Positions 1 through 11,727 of a stretch of DNA of 20,000 bases are shown piece by piece. The stretch is from contig JYFJ02001832.1 in assembly GCA_000934665.2 (NCBI GenBank), positions 48,810 to 68,809 of the forward strand. The letters run 5' to 3'. The position numbers and the translations under genes were made by a program. Position 1 is the stretch's first letter. Each line of letters opens with the position of its first letter. The notes below the pieces were generated by a model, which saw only the letters and a program-made list of their open reading frames with translations, ran no database searches and had not been told where the DNA came from. The stretch is from Catajapyx aquilonaris. Lineage: Eukaryota.

Positions 1-1427
1 AAATGGTGGCAAGTTGACAAATCCATTAGGCTTTGGTTGTATCACTTGTTGATCCCTGTCCATAGCTGCTAGTGGAGATGAGTCTCCTGAAGAAACCCAG
101 CCTTGAAGATTTTGAACATCTAACACTACACCTGTAGCAAGGGATGAAGTAGGCAAAATCTCTCCATTTTCCCTTGGAGAATCTAGGTGAACTTCGATCA
201 TTGCCGAGTCACTTGCACTTGTAGGTGGTCTTCTCCCCGACTCAGCTGTTACATGCATCACCAAAGAGTCACTGTTGTTACTCATTCCAGAATCATCCAG
301 GCACAGCTTTGGTGCAATAACACGTTTAAGATGAGGAGTTGCCAATGTATCATTACTTTCAATGAAGAAGCCTTCAACAACCCTATCGTGATTTCGCTTG
401 CGAAACGAGCTGCGACTCTCCAGCCTGCAGTTCTCCGGTAAGGCTTCCTTACCCTGAGATTGTGGAACTTTTACTTGACTTCTAAGAAGCTGAGACCCAC
501 TTATATCATCAAAAGTAGCACTGATCTTAAACTGATCCCCCAACACTTGACCAAAACTCTCATCTAGTTCTCCATTCACGGAAATCTTCTTTTTTGTCAC
601 TGATGTGTGTAGAGGTACATCACTTGAGTTTGAACCAGGGTTAGAATATGACCAGAACAGAACCTTCATCACATCCCTATCAAGAATACTTGCATATGCC
701 TCACTGTTGCTGACAATCTCTTCAATTTCTGATGGAGTCAAGATGTCTTGCAAGTAGCCTGACAGAGTGTAATTATCTTTGCACTTCTGTTTATCGAAAC
801 ACTCATTGATTCTATCCACAGTTTTTTGATCGATGACTAGGTTGTCAGAATTAACACTCAAATTTTCCAAGTCACTGTCTGCAGCATCATTTGTACAATT
901 AGTGTCAAGGATAGGGCTAGCACCACATTCAAAATGCACCTGGTCTTCTTCTTTATCTGGGGTTGAAGTCTTTTGTGCATTATTGCCCATTTTTACCTTT
1001 CTTGTGAGAACGGGCTCTTCATGAAGAAGGCTTTCAAGACGCTTAATGTGCTCCATGACCACTTCATTGTCATTTATGGAATCACCATGACTAACCCCCG
1101 ACTCTTCCTCCAAGGGCTCTTCCAAAACAACATAATGATCCAAATCTGCTGGATGAGGAACAATCTTTCGCCTGATGCTACCATGCCTGCGCAGCTCTCC
1201 AGACTTGACTATGTTTTCAATACGATCAGCATCAGGCATGTTGATGGTAGTTTGCCTTAGTTTCTGTCTGAAACTCCTCTGTCGCGACATGACATTTTGA
1301 TGTGTTAGTGGCATGTGATAATCTTCATAGTAGTCCTCCAGATCACTATCACCATCAGAAGTTTCCCTTTTCCCCTCTCTTGCTTCACCCTGAGCATAAT
1401 CCATATTGTCTACAGGGTTTTGACAGG
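1..1427 (-). CDS. Large internal coding exon (>1427 bp, runs off the window) of an uncharacterised gene; acidic/Ser-rich, probably largely disordered protein
   Basis: Minus-strand frame is stop-free from 1425 to 1 (CQNPVDNMDYAQGEAREGKRETSDGDSDLEDYYEDYHMPL...RQRSFRQKLRQ...PNGFVNLPPF). It is preceded by acceptor ccttttcacAG (AG at 1429-1428), and phase 1 matches the upstream exon. It is missing from the ORF track because no stop lies in the window. Confidence 0.88.
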
Positions 1428-2035
1428 CTGTGAAAAGGTGCATTCACAACATAAAAGGAACTGAAAATATAGCCTATAATTTTTTAAAAGGCCAACATGC
1501 TTTGCATTCATTGCACATTGATAGATATTGAGGTGCCTTCTATTATTGCAGCTCACTTTTTTTCAAATTATTGACAACACTAACTTTTCATCTTCTCACA
1601 ACTTATTTGCATAACCCAGTGGATCTAAGTGAATCCCAAATTCCTCCTACCACAGCATTATCTTCTGTCAAAAGTCCCTGAGAAGCCATACAGCCAGGTT
1701 TTTACTAGCAGTCGCAAGCAAATTTCATGAGCATAAATAATAATTGTGGAACAATTTTTTAAAAAAAAACAATGCAATAGTTGCACTGCAAATGAGAAAA
1801 CATTTTAAACAATTTTTAACAACCTCATTGGTAATAATATATTAATCACAGCAAGGAATTTTTTAACCAAATTGGGGCAACTCATTATGTGAGAACTGGG
1901 TAGTTGTAATGTGCAAAAAATGCTAAATGTTGACATTAACTACATAATCAATACAAACTAAATAATAATGCAAGCCAACATTTACAAAACACATGCTTTG
2001 CATGAATATGGACATAAATCATCTTTGTCACCTAC

Positions 2036-2128
2036 CTTTCTTTAGGCGAACATCTCCCAAACCTGGTGAAAGAATGGCACGATACGTGGACGGATCATCA
2101 TCATCGTCTTCACCATCCTCCATATTAC
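2036..2128 (-). CDS. 93-bp coding exon of the same gene (GNMEDGEDDDDDPSTYRAILSPGLGDVRLKK)
   Basis: Acceptor tttgtgctttgcAG, donor AAG|GTAGGT, phase 1/1, and an open frame joining both neighbouring exons. Confidence 0.85.
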
Positions 2129-2491
2129 CTGCAAAGCACAAAAACCTTTACTTCAACTTTTACCTTAGATACTTAAGTTGTGCACAGACATTTCCAATCT
2201 CCAGGTGAAAAGCATGAAGCCCAACCAAGTGTCAGGCAATGCAGTTCATACCTGCATTATCTAATTCCTCTTGTGGCACTGCCATCCCCTGGGCTCCATA
2301 AGAACTTTGTGCCAATAATTTCATTTGCTTGGGACTGCTTGGAAAATCAACTGGAAAAACAGTGACACAAATGTACTCGACTCTCTTTTGAAATTAAATG
2401 CAGGTCAGAGAAATTCTACGTAGAGCAATTCTAGTGAATAAAATCCTTCCAAGTGACAAGTTTATCTCTATGTGGAGAACTTCTCACTGAC

Positions 2492-2744
2492 CTGTTTCAG
2501 CTTGGTAACTCCCTGAGCTTGGAAGTTCCAATTCCAAGACGCCACCAAAATTCGCACCTGATGTGGACTGACTCCTGTTGACTGGTGACATCTGAGGCAA
2601 ATCATTGGAACTTCTGTTATCTACATTGCTGTCCCAGTTTTCTGCTATCTTATCACGATTGTCAACACTCTGTTCTCTGTTGTCTATGTTGCCATCCTGA
2701 TTGTCCAGTGTCCCATTCCTGTCGCTAGTGATGGAATTCACATC
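2492..2744 (-). CDS. 253-bp coding exon of the same gene (DVNSITSDRNGTLDNQDGNIDNREQSVDNRDKIAENWDSNVDNRSS...YQAET)
   Basis: Acceptor ccttatcatttcAG, donor CAG|GTCAGT, phase 0/1; lies within ORF 2484..2768. Confidence 0.85.
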
Positions 2745-3405
2745 CTGAAATGATAAGGTACATAACATGAAAAATTACACCAAGAATTGTTACATATGCT
2801 TTTCCAAACTTACTATCTGTTTCGGTTAGAGTCTTTCTCACTGCAAGCTTGCTTATGCTGTAACTTTCAGTTCATTTTAAGAACTCACACAATTATTTTA
2901 TATTACAAGGTTGAATGGAAGAAAACCTGAATTTCAATGAATTTTTGAGCAAAATACATTGGGAATAACCCACATGGAACCTTACTGGCATCAGAGATCA
3001 AATTTTTCACCATTTTCCAGTACTAAAAAATACGGGGCCATTCCATCAAATATTAGCAGCTGGTCTAGAATTGTTCAAAAGTAACTGCATAACAATCAAC
3101 ACAATTATGCAATTTTTTACACCAACCATCACAGACAGTGAATTCTCGAAACAACTACAGGTAGGCTATAAGGAGTAAGCTACTGCCTCCTTCTAATATC
3201 AATAAGAAATCTTTTAATTCTCCTGGGGTTATCTGTAATCCAGAAGCCTTGAATTGAAAAAGAAACATTCCCGTGGCGGTTTTAAGCTAGAAAATTCGCA
3301 AATTTGTGATTTTCCAACCTGGATTTCACAATTGGGATTAAGTAGGCAAACACCTAGTTTCAATTTTTCAACTATTACTATGAGAAACACACACTAACAA
3401 CATAA

Positions 3406-4164
3406 GGGGGCATGGTGGTCTAGTGGCCATGCTACTGGCCAGCCAAGCGGGAGGTCAGGGTTTCAAATCCCGTCACCTCTGCTTGGTCGGGTCTTATTCC
3501 CCTTTTCACCTGACATGTCCATGCAGATGCGCACTCCCTTCTCTGCCCAGGGTCAGGATAAAAGGTCTGGTATTTAAGGACTACACATGACTAGAAACTA
3601 TTTAAGAGCACCCTCCCTTGGGAACCTCCCCTTCCCCCCACACCCATGGACCAGGGCTTTGCAGCAGCAGGATGTATTGTATGTATGCGATTAAAATAAA
3701 GGTCCGTGTAATACCTCATGTGAGGTCCACCCAATATAAATACAGGGTGGACCAACTTCAAGTGTCGTTTTATAACGGCTATTAATAGAAGCGCTATACG
3801 ATTGACGTAGCAGCGACGTGTTAAATGTCCCACTTCGGCGCCATCGAAAATATTAGCTGCCAATATTAGCGTACATGTAATGAACCTGCTGCAATGAGTG
3901 CAACCACATGCGGCACCAATGCCAATCCGGCAGTCCGCAAAGAAGGCATTTCACCCAGGCGTGTATCTCAGGTCATGTGTGCACCTACTTTTTTCCAGGT
4001 CAACACAGCAGCAGGGTTGATTACATGTGTGCTGCTATTGGCAGCTAATATTTTCGATGGCGCCGAAGTGGGTCATTTTACACGTCGCTGCTACGTCATC
4101 GCAAAATCACTGCTATTAATCACCGTTATAAAACGACACTTGAAGTTGGTCCACCCTGTATAAC
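3406..4164 (+). mobile_element. tRNA-derived SINE (family A), interrupted near its 3' end by a MITE
   Basis: A-box TGGTCTAGTGG and B-box-like GGTTTCAAATCCC in a tRNA-like head (3406-3478). A candidate 16-bp TSD with one mismatch lies at 3385-3400 (aaacacacactaacaa) and 4165-4180 (aaacacactctaacaa). Confidence 0.6.
3743..4158. mobile_element. Tc1/mariner-type MITE, 416 bp
   Basis: ~150-bp imperfect TIRs CAGGGTGGACCAACTTCAAGTGTCG... / ...CGACACTTGAAGTTGGTCCACCCTG, with TA on both sides (3741-3742, 4159-4160). Confidence 0.9.
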
Positions 4165-4348
4165 AAACACACTCTAACAATTATTGCGATTCACACCAAA
4201 ATGATCCCCAACAGATCCTTTTAAAATATTTGACAAATCTCACTTTTCAAATGTGGACTTCATTCCAGGTAAAAGAGTACTGTATTGGTATTTATTAGCC
4301 CAGCGAGCTGCAAGGTCCTTTTGGGGGTACTTCACCATAATACATATA

Positions 4349-4933
4349 CAGTAAAACTTCCATAAGTTGAACTTCCCTAAGTCGAAGTTCTCTATATGTC
4401 GAAGAAAATGATGAGCTTGGTTGGTCACATGTAAAATAATAGGAAATAAACTTCCCTAACTCGAATTTCTACAACTCGAAGTTCTCCATAACTCGAAGTG
4501 TAGGCAGGGCCTTACGATGGGATATCAATGCATTGTCAGTCTCCCTAAGTCGAAGTTCATGTTGGCGAGTACAGAAAATTTTCTCATTTCCCAGCCGAAG
4601 GGTTGAGAGTAGGCCACATGTACAGAAAGGCTCAATTTCCTGATCTCCGTCTATCTACCGAAAGAAGTGTTTGACTCGATTATGACAATTGAATCTTTGA
4701 ATCTAAGAGTACGGTAGGCAAATATCCATAACGGAGTTTTTTTTACACCAAAACAATGAGGAACATTGTAAGTGTGATAGTGACAGTTATTTTTAAGTTT
4801 TGAAAACCTTTCGTCGCTGGATATAAGGGTAGGCTTCCTTATAGAGTTCTGTGCTTTAGAAAATCCAAATTTCTCTAACTCGAATCTTCTAGAAGTTTTT
4901 TCCGGGTCCCATGGAGATTCGACTTATGGAAGT
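4349..4933. mobile_element. pogo/Tigger-like MITE with an eroded right terminus
   Basis: Left end TA|CAGTAAAACTTCCATAAGTTGAA; right end TTCGACTTATGGAAGT lacks the last bases of the TIR; repeated subterminal motifs of the type CTCYMTAAsTCGAA. Confidence 0.7.
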
Positions 4934-5402
4934 GTACAGGCTGCCTTGATTTACAATTGTATCCAATATTATTGTCATTACAAGCTTAAAATAATCGTAA
5001 TTATTATTCAATGTAGAGCCTCCTGACCCCCTTCACTATCTTTGGATGCAGAAGGTTAGGTAATACTACATAGAGAGAAAGGCTATATATAAATTCCTTG
5101 CCAGATACCTCCTGTCCATCACCTCAATTAATTGGATTTCCATTCAGGGCTGTAACACTTATTTTTGTGTGCACTATGCCCATACAGAGGGCACACAAAA
5201 GTATGCCCTACACAGGCATTCTTAAATGATTAGCATGTCAGAAAAGACTGCAAGGACAGGTCTCTGTTTATAAACAACAAGGTATTTGACCATTGTCTGG
5301 CTTGTTTTTTCCTGCAGTTCAACTGTCAGTACGTCGTATAATAATTATGCCTGCATAGATTAGTGATATGTGGTATTTAATATGGCACTACACCGAGGAG
5401 CA

Positions 5403-6258
5403 TGAGGGGGGCCTAACTCGCGGCCAATCGCCAGGTAAACTTATAGTACTCACAAAACTAATATAGGGATGTGCAATGAGTTTTTGGCTCCGTTGCGTAG
5501 TTAATGCGTATGGCACCCTTAAAGGGACACTCCACTCAAAAAACAAGTTTGGATCTAAAAATTGGGCAAAAAATCCTGAATCCGAAGGTGCAATCCGTTT
5601 TTCGCTACGCGAAACGGTAATCCCAGGGCAAGGGGTTCAATTGGGGAAGTTCAAATAGAGCGCTAGAAGCTGGCCGTCCGCCAGCGACGCCCTCGGGACC
5701 TTGGGAACTGGAGGGCTGCTCCTGCCTGCCCGCGCACTTAGGCCCATCCCAGAGCGGTGCAGCCCTCCAGTTCCCCTGTTCCCCGCGTGGCGGCGCCGCT
5801 CATTAGCAGACGACACACTTTGACACGTCGCCCTGGGATTACCGTTCCGCATAGTGAAAAACGAATTGCACCGTCGGATTCAGGATTTTTTGCCCGATTT
5901 TCAGAGTCAAACTTTTTTTTGAGTGTAGTGTCCCTTTAATGTGTAGAGGGCCGGATGGTGGAATATAAGGCAAAAACGACAAAGTACATGGGTGTCGTAC
6001 CCGGTTTCTTACTCTAATGGGATTTCATCGCCTGTTGCACATGGACGATGTGTTAGGGGACCAAGGCAAGGACCGGAGGCCCTCGAACTGACTTTTGCTC
6101 CTTAGAAGCTGGCGGAACGGACATGACGTCACGAAACTTTGACGGCGAGGTACACATTAACTATGCAACAGATCCCAAAACTAATTGCACATCCCTATAT
6201 TAGTTTACGAGTATTATCAGTCTACCTGGCGATTGTCTGCGAGTTTCCCTTCACCCTG
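5403..6258. mobile_element. Tc1/mariner-type MITE (outer element) carrying a nested Kolobok-like MITE
   Basis: ~95-bp inverted arms at 5415-5510 and ~6150-6245 (aactcgcggccaatcgccaggtaaac...tatagggatgtgcaat). The right end is CACCCTG|TA; the left terminus is degenerate. Confidence 0.75.
5523..5935. mobile_element. Kolobok-like (TTAA-target) MITE, 413 bp
   Basis: TTAA|AGGGACACT...AGTGTCCCT|TTAA (TSDs 5519-5522 and 5936-5939) with ~107-bp TIRs. AGG termini with a TTAA target fit Kolobok/T2 better than piggyBac (CCC). Confidence 0.85.
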
Positions 6259-6347
6259 TAGATCAGATGCTACAATCGGCCACCTGGGAATAACTGGGCA
6301 CCTGAATCAGGGTGCAACAAGTAACACAAAAATAATAGTGATAACTA

Positions 6348-6364
6348 TACAACAACAATAATAA

Positions 6365-6454
<90 letters not shown>

Positions 6455-6556
6455 TAATTCATACCCCCATCGGCTCTTTATGGGGGAAGTTTTGTTTTTG
6501 CCTGGAACTCTTTGCTTTCATTTTACTGCGCTTTTTGGGATAGGATAGGGACGGAT
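6348..6556 (-). mobile_element. 5'-truncated non-LTR retroposon (SINE/LINE 3' end) with stem-loop and (TTA)n tail
   Basis: Perfect 16-bp TSD ataatagtgataacta (6332-6347, 6557-6572). The minus strand reads tccctatcct...CCCCCAtaaagagccgaTGGGGG tatgaat (tat)n. Confidence 0.8.
6356..6458. repeat. (AAT)n microsatellite, the expanded tail of the retroposon
   Basis: ~100 bp of near-perfect AAT units inside the TSD-bounded insertion. Confidence 0.97.
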
Positions 6557-6920
6557 ATAATAGTGATAACTAAAAATGACCATGATTCCTAGAACACACT
6601 GTATAATTGGCACACCTCAATTTTCTTATCAAAGGGCCTATTTTCCAGGTTGATAAAAAAACTGCCAGATACCAAAGAATCAAGACTTTCAGTGTAATTG
6701 GTCTACAGTACAGTCATTTAGAAACATGAAAAATGTAATTTATACAGCAGTACCGTAGTCATCTGAGCTGAAATATCAAAAGTGAACTGTTACACATTAT
6801 GTGATGTTTTACATGACATTTCCACATCATGGACTTGCAACAGTTGATATTTTTGACTAATTTCTGTAGTAATGGTAGATCACTCCCAATGTTTCATATG
6901 ATGCATAATCATCCCCTCCA

Positions 6921-7059
6921 TTAACCCCTTTGCTACCAGACAGGCCCAAACCACATAGATTTTGGCTAATGTGTATTCTGTAGATAAGGACAAGATATTT
7001 TACAAATAATAACAGCTATACTGACCCATTCAGGGAAAACACTTATGTGTCTGGAACAA
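6921..7059. mobile_element. Possible piggyBac-like MITE remnant
   Basis: Left end TTAA|CCCCTTTGCTACCAGACA, with a partial inverted copy TGTCTGGAACAA at 7048-7059; the right terminus is missing next to the following MITE. Confidence 0.3.
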
Positions 7060-7064
7060 TTTTA

Positions 7065-7522
7065 CTCATCTAGAAGTCCCTAAATTAATTTCCAAAAAAG
7101 GCTATAAAAACTCGAAATTTGAGTCCTGCAGATCAACTGTTAGGCTGATTTAATTATGAAATATGCTAAAATAGACTGAACCACCTTGAGAACCATTCCA
7201 GACGATTTGCTGATATCGTCGTACTTTGTGAGAAATAAATCAATACACTTATTATAGTACTTATTTGCCGCTTTCTGGCATATTGACAAACCCAAAAATT
7301 CATTTAGTTCTTGCAAAGTGTCAAAAAGCTGCAAATAAGCATTTATTTCTTGCAAAGTACGACAATTTCAGCAAATTCGTCTGGCATGGCCATCAAGGTT
7401 GTTGTTCCGTATAATTTAGCGTATTTCATAATTAAATCAGCCTAACAGTTGGTCGACAGTGCTCCAATTTCGAGTTTTTATAGCCTTCGTTTTGGAACTT
7501 AATTTTTGGACTTCTAGACGAG
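7065..7522. mobile_element. Fold-back MITE, 458 bp, TA-flanked
   Basis: ~180-bp inverted arms CTCATCTAGAAGTCC...GGACTTCTAGACGAG with TA at 7063-7064 and 7523-7524; superfamily assignment tentative. Confidence 0.85.
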
Positions 7523-8459
7523 TAAATGTCTTTTCATTGTCTTTTAAAAATTAATTAGCTCCAGTATTGAAAACAAACACATGAGATTATATACATACAT
7601 AACAGCATGCAAAACGCAATAAAAGTGTCCCTATTTACCCCATTTTATGGTACATTGATTAAACTGGTTATAAGTTATTGTCATTGTGACAACATTACCT
7701 GTGATAAATGCTAAAGTTAGGAATGACTGTACCAAAATTGCAGTTTTGCTAAAAAGGCAGTATTAGCATATGGGATGTATGCATCATGGCCCACGAATGG
7801 AAAAATGCATTAATCTATAGCACTACTTTCAATAAAAAGGTTTCAAGGTTTTGTACTTTAGCTTTCTAGAATGAAGCTAAGGCCTATCTTACTTCAGACC
7901 TAGGCAGAATGAAACACTGCAATCTCAAGGTTTACATATAAATGATAAGTCAGCCTGCAAACAAAATAATATTGACTTCATATCACTAACAGCCACAGAT
8001 AACAGCTCTCTAAATTTAGAAAATATTGGGAACATTGTGTCCAAGATGCAAGTGCAAGCTGAGAACTGGAGTCACTGAAGCAGGTACCACATCACACAAA
8101 GTATTGCAGTAAGCCAGCCAAGGGTGTCACACTGATTAACTTGTAAAGTGAAATTCAATTTCATTGCATGTCAGTGCTATTTACTGACATTGTATTCATA
8201 AAAAATAAAACCCAAGGCAATGGGGTGCCAGGAATGAATGTCAGTTTCAGGCAAAATAATACAGAAGTTATAAATAAATATTTGGTTAATTTGCAATTAT
8301 TAATACCATTGGCATGCAGTTACTGAACAACATGGTACTAACACATTAGATGTGGTCTAACAATGAGACAAAAATCAAATATGTCATCATCTTTGTGATT
8401 CATATGGCCATTTTAAATTCATAAAAATTGCTATATCTTATCCAAAAAATTTAGCACCT

Positions 8460-8532
8460 AAGTGGCGGATTTAGGGCGGTCCGATTGGTTCGCGTTTTCC
8501 TGCACAGGGTGCCAAGCCGAGGGGGCCGTGTA

Positions 8533-8609
<77 letters not shown>

Positions 8610-8821
8610 GGTACTTATTTAAAAGCCTTGCCCATTCCCTGCTCTTGGAGAGCCCTCAAACTCCCCTGACTTAATCCAATCAGTTTTTTACCCATTTTAA
8701 AAATCTAGCAAAACAGCAACATACCAAAAGCAATTATTGTAAAAATTAGCTGTCTTTGATTGGAGCAGGGGACCAAATTTTGGCCTGGCACAGGGTGCCA
8801 TATTGCCTAGCTCCACCTCTG
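8460..8821. mobile_element. Degenerate hAT-like MITE containing an (AAT)n tract
   Basis: Imperfect short TIRs AGTGGCGGATTTAGG / CCTAGCTCCACCTCTG and a subterminal direct repeat GCACAGGGTGCCA near both ends; no intact 8-bp TSD. Confidence 0.5.
8533..8609. repeat. (AAT)n microsatellite
   Basis: Perfect AAT run of ~77 bp. Confidence 0.98.
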
Positions 8822-9168
8822 TCTTCCATACTAACATTTTTTTGGCTTTGGATAAGTCCTCTCTACCCTAGCAAACCCATATCCCATATCTTAGATAACT
8901 GACAATATTTTCCACTAAAGCTTTTTTAAATTCCTTCAATTAAAGCAAGACTGTTCTTTTTGCTAATTTTTTAAAATTGCATTAAAATTTGTTGTTAAAA
9001 TAGAGCAGAGTGGCACAGTGGTCTTTTGCATATTAGAAATATTGAATATTTACTTAACTTGGAACCAATTGTTACTAATGAATACTGCACTTTTGGTAGC
9101 CTGGAAATTATATTTAGTCGTAAGTTGAAAAATAGCGTTGAAATGTGGAAAGCTGATATGAATATGTA

Positions 9169-9411
9169 AAAGGTGTTCAAAGTATGTGGGTCACTTTAGT
9201 TATACTGTAGGAAATGTTGATTGAAGCTGTTATTTTGCATAGCTTGTTGCACCATGATCCAGGTGCCCTATTATTCCCAGGTGGTCAAACATAGCAGTTG
9301 CTACATGGTATAATAGGGCACCTGGATCAGGGTGCAACAAGCCATGCAAAAATAACAGCTTCAAGCAAAATTTCCTACAGTAAAAATAACCTGCATACTT
9401 TGAACACTGTG
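9169..9411. mobile_element. Tc1/mariner-type palindromic MITE, ~243 bp
   Basis: ~105-bp arms GTGTTCAAAGTATG...CAGGTGCCCTATTA / TAATAGGGCACCTG...CATACTTTGAACAC, TA flanks, and termini that appear decayed from CAGGGTG. Confidence 0.8.
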
Positions 9412-9849
9412 TATTTTTATAATTGACAATGACAAGGGATGATCACCATGTGCAGTAGTCCACATGCTGGTTTGGCACCCAAAAAAACAGGAAGCTCATT
9501 CATTGACTCCTCAAACCTGTCCACATAAGTGCAAGTAATACAAGCACAGGCACTGATTTCCACAATAATCTGGCATGTCTTGTGAGAAATAGTCCACTTC
9601 TTGAAAGAATGAAGGTTCATAATTTAACAGAAGCACACAATAATTCTATTCTGAGAGTTTAACAACAGATAGCATAATGGAAAAAAACAACATAATAACT
9701 GATCTGGTTCTACACTTATGTATAGGCTATATTCAGATGGTAACAATAATCAAGACTTGGCGACTCCTGTACCCCTGCCTTGAGTATTCATCCAAAATTA
9801 CGTGCCATAATTTTTCAATTTTTAGTGCTGCTATGAAAACACTAATTTG

Positions 9850-10091
9850 ATGGGTGTGGTGGAAAAAGGTGATAACCCACAAAAGTGTAATTTTTCAGGA
9901 GAGGGAATTGAAGTTTGCCCTCTCTTCACAAATCATATGCTGATTTTGATCTAGTCCATGTGGCCGTCTCGTGCATGATACATGAACTTGGGAGTATACC
10001 AAACTGTTTGTCATGTCTTTTACATAGTTGCTAGGTGTTTAGGTCAAAAATGACAAAAAAGGAGGGTTATCGCCTTTTCACACCACCTCAT
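9850..10091. mobile_element. Old MITE with degenerate TIRs
   Basis: ggtgtggtggaaaaaggtgataaccc versus gggttatcgccttttcacaccacc; no clear TSD. Confidence 0.45.
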
Positions 10092-10593
10092 TTGTCAATT
10101 TAAAAATCAGGTCGAGCCTTCATTACATTCTTGTTCTAGTGAAAAATTTCTAAATAAGCACATTTACTAGAAACTACAAAAACTGCAATGTTAAAAAGTG
10201 GACCACTGTTGCAGTCCCTCCTATATTGTCTCCTCACGAAAATATCATCACAATTTCACTCCGGGCGAAAATGGTAACACTTTCATTACTTTACATGTTG
10301 CTCAAGCAGTGAGGCATGGAAGACTGGCAGCCTTATCACTTGAAATGCTAGGCAACTACTCACTTTGAACGAGCCTGCATAAAAATAGCAGCATTGGAAG
10401 CCAGTCATCCGTAAGCTTGCTTGCAGCAATGTCCACAATATAGTGCAACTTAACATGCAATCTGATGCCATAAAGATAAGCGCTACCTTTTGAAAACTTG
10501 TGGCCACCACACATTGAAATACTCCATCATATAAATACTTGTTGACACTGCGTACACTGAAACCTTGCGTAAATTCTACAGTACTGTACGGCT

Positions 10594-10819
10594 GTACGAC
10601 CGAAGCAGGTTGGCATAGTGGATAGGGCGTCCGACTGCTAATCGGGAGGTCCAGGGTTCGAATCCCGGGGCTGGCAACCCTGACCGTGGTTGCCCACGGT
10701 CTTTCTAGGATAATTCCGGGGTCGCTTCCGTATATAATAGGCCACAGCCGCTTCCTTCCTTCCCTATCCTTGGAGGTTGAAAGGCAATGCTGGGCCAACC
10801 TCCTTAATATCAATTATAA
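10594..10819 (+). mobile_element. Full-length tRNA-derived SINE (family B, copy 1)
   Basis: A-box TGGCATAGTGG, B-box GGTTCGAATCC, anticodon-arm-like tccga-ctGCTaa-tcggg, and 3' hairpin GGAGGTTG...CAACCTCC; perfect 14-bp TSD agtactgtacggct (10580-10593, 10820-10833). Confidence 0.9.
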
Positions 10820-10894
10820 AGTACTGTACGGCTAATCATTACAGCAAATTTTCTACCACAATATTTGACCCATTGTACACATGACCATATCCCA

Positions 10895-11325
10895 AATCCG
10901 TATCCCTCCCACCGATGAGGCCATCCGTGCAACCAGAACACACCTTCATTTCACACCTGACCTACCGCTTTCTCATCACTGTGACACCTTTACCACACCA
11001 CACACCCTTCCACATACCTGATCGCCCATCCCCATTCCGATTGTAAATGACTGCACGGGAAGAACCTACTGGCCCATCTCTGCAGGCTGTTTTGGACCCT
11101 TCACCTTCCTTCCACCACCAGAGAATACCAATGAATTGAATGAAACAGCCACGAAGAGAAGACCCCAACAAAACGGTCTGCCTTCCCCACTTCCCGCGCT
11201 GTTGCCAAATGCGGTACACACAGCACACCTGGCGGCCTATTTGCATCGGATGGATTTACACGAGCGTACAATGCACCGCACACTATGTACTATTGGCTAC
11301 GATGGGCTAGGAGTAGACGGGTAAC
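10895..11325 (+). mobile_element. Possible heavily decayed Penelope-like reverse transcriptase fragment
   Basis: Ordered motif remnants in shifting frames: PTDEAIRATRTHL, QQNGLP--SPLPALLPNA (cf. QxxGLPMGSPLSPLLAN) and YYWLR..gtagac (cf. WxRYVDD). Recognised by eye only. Confidence 0.3.
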
Positions 11326-11727
11326 CAATCAGATCCGTTGGGTGTCCTAACATCTCAAATAGTGTTATACCCAGTCGTACCAAAAAAAAAAAAATGTCAT
11401 TTTACAGAGTGATAACGGAGGGTGACCGTTGGTGAAGGTCATATTTCATATTTAGCCTCTTTGAGTGGTGTACTGGTGCAACTTGCACGTCAACAGGTCG
11501 GACGCATGGAGCGCGGAATAACTGAATATTTTTGCGGCCACTTGCTGCATGTTTAATTCATGTAGTGCATCAGTCATTTTATGCGAATCAACTTCCCCAT
11601 CCGTTTCTTGAGGATTTTTTCACCTGGGATTGACGTAGACTACAGTTACGTTGCGAAAAATGCATAGACCGTGTAGTCTCATTTAAAATGATGGGACTCC
11701 CATTGTAATTAAGTTAATTGTCGAATT

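Larger units (their letters stand above)
6280..6601. mobile_element. Single-arm remnant of the 9169-9411 MITE family, interrupted by a retroposon
   Basis: ccacctgggaataactgggcacctgaatcagggtgcaacaag matches the arms of the 9169-9411 element. After the insertion the sequence ends in gaacacactg|ta. Confidence 0.55.

Noticed and set aside
4349..4560. CRISPR-like spaced short repeats
   Set aside because: Irregular spacing, degenerate units, eukaryotic context and no cas genes; these are MITE subterminal repeats
10600..10675. tRNA gene (Ser-GCT-like); similar heads at 3406-3478 and 12119-12180
   Set aside because: No proper acceptor stem, long Ser variable arm or poly-T terminator. The sequence continues into a repeated body bounded by TSDs, so these are SINE heads.
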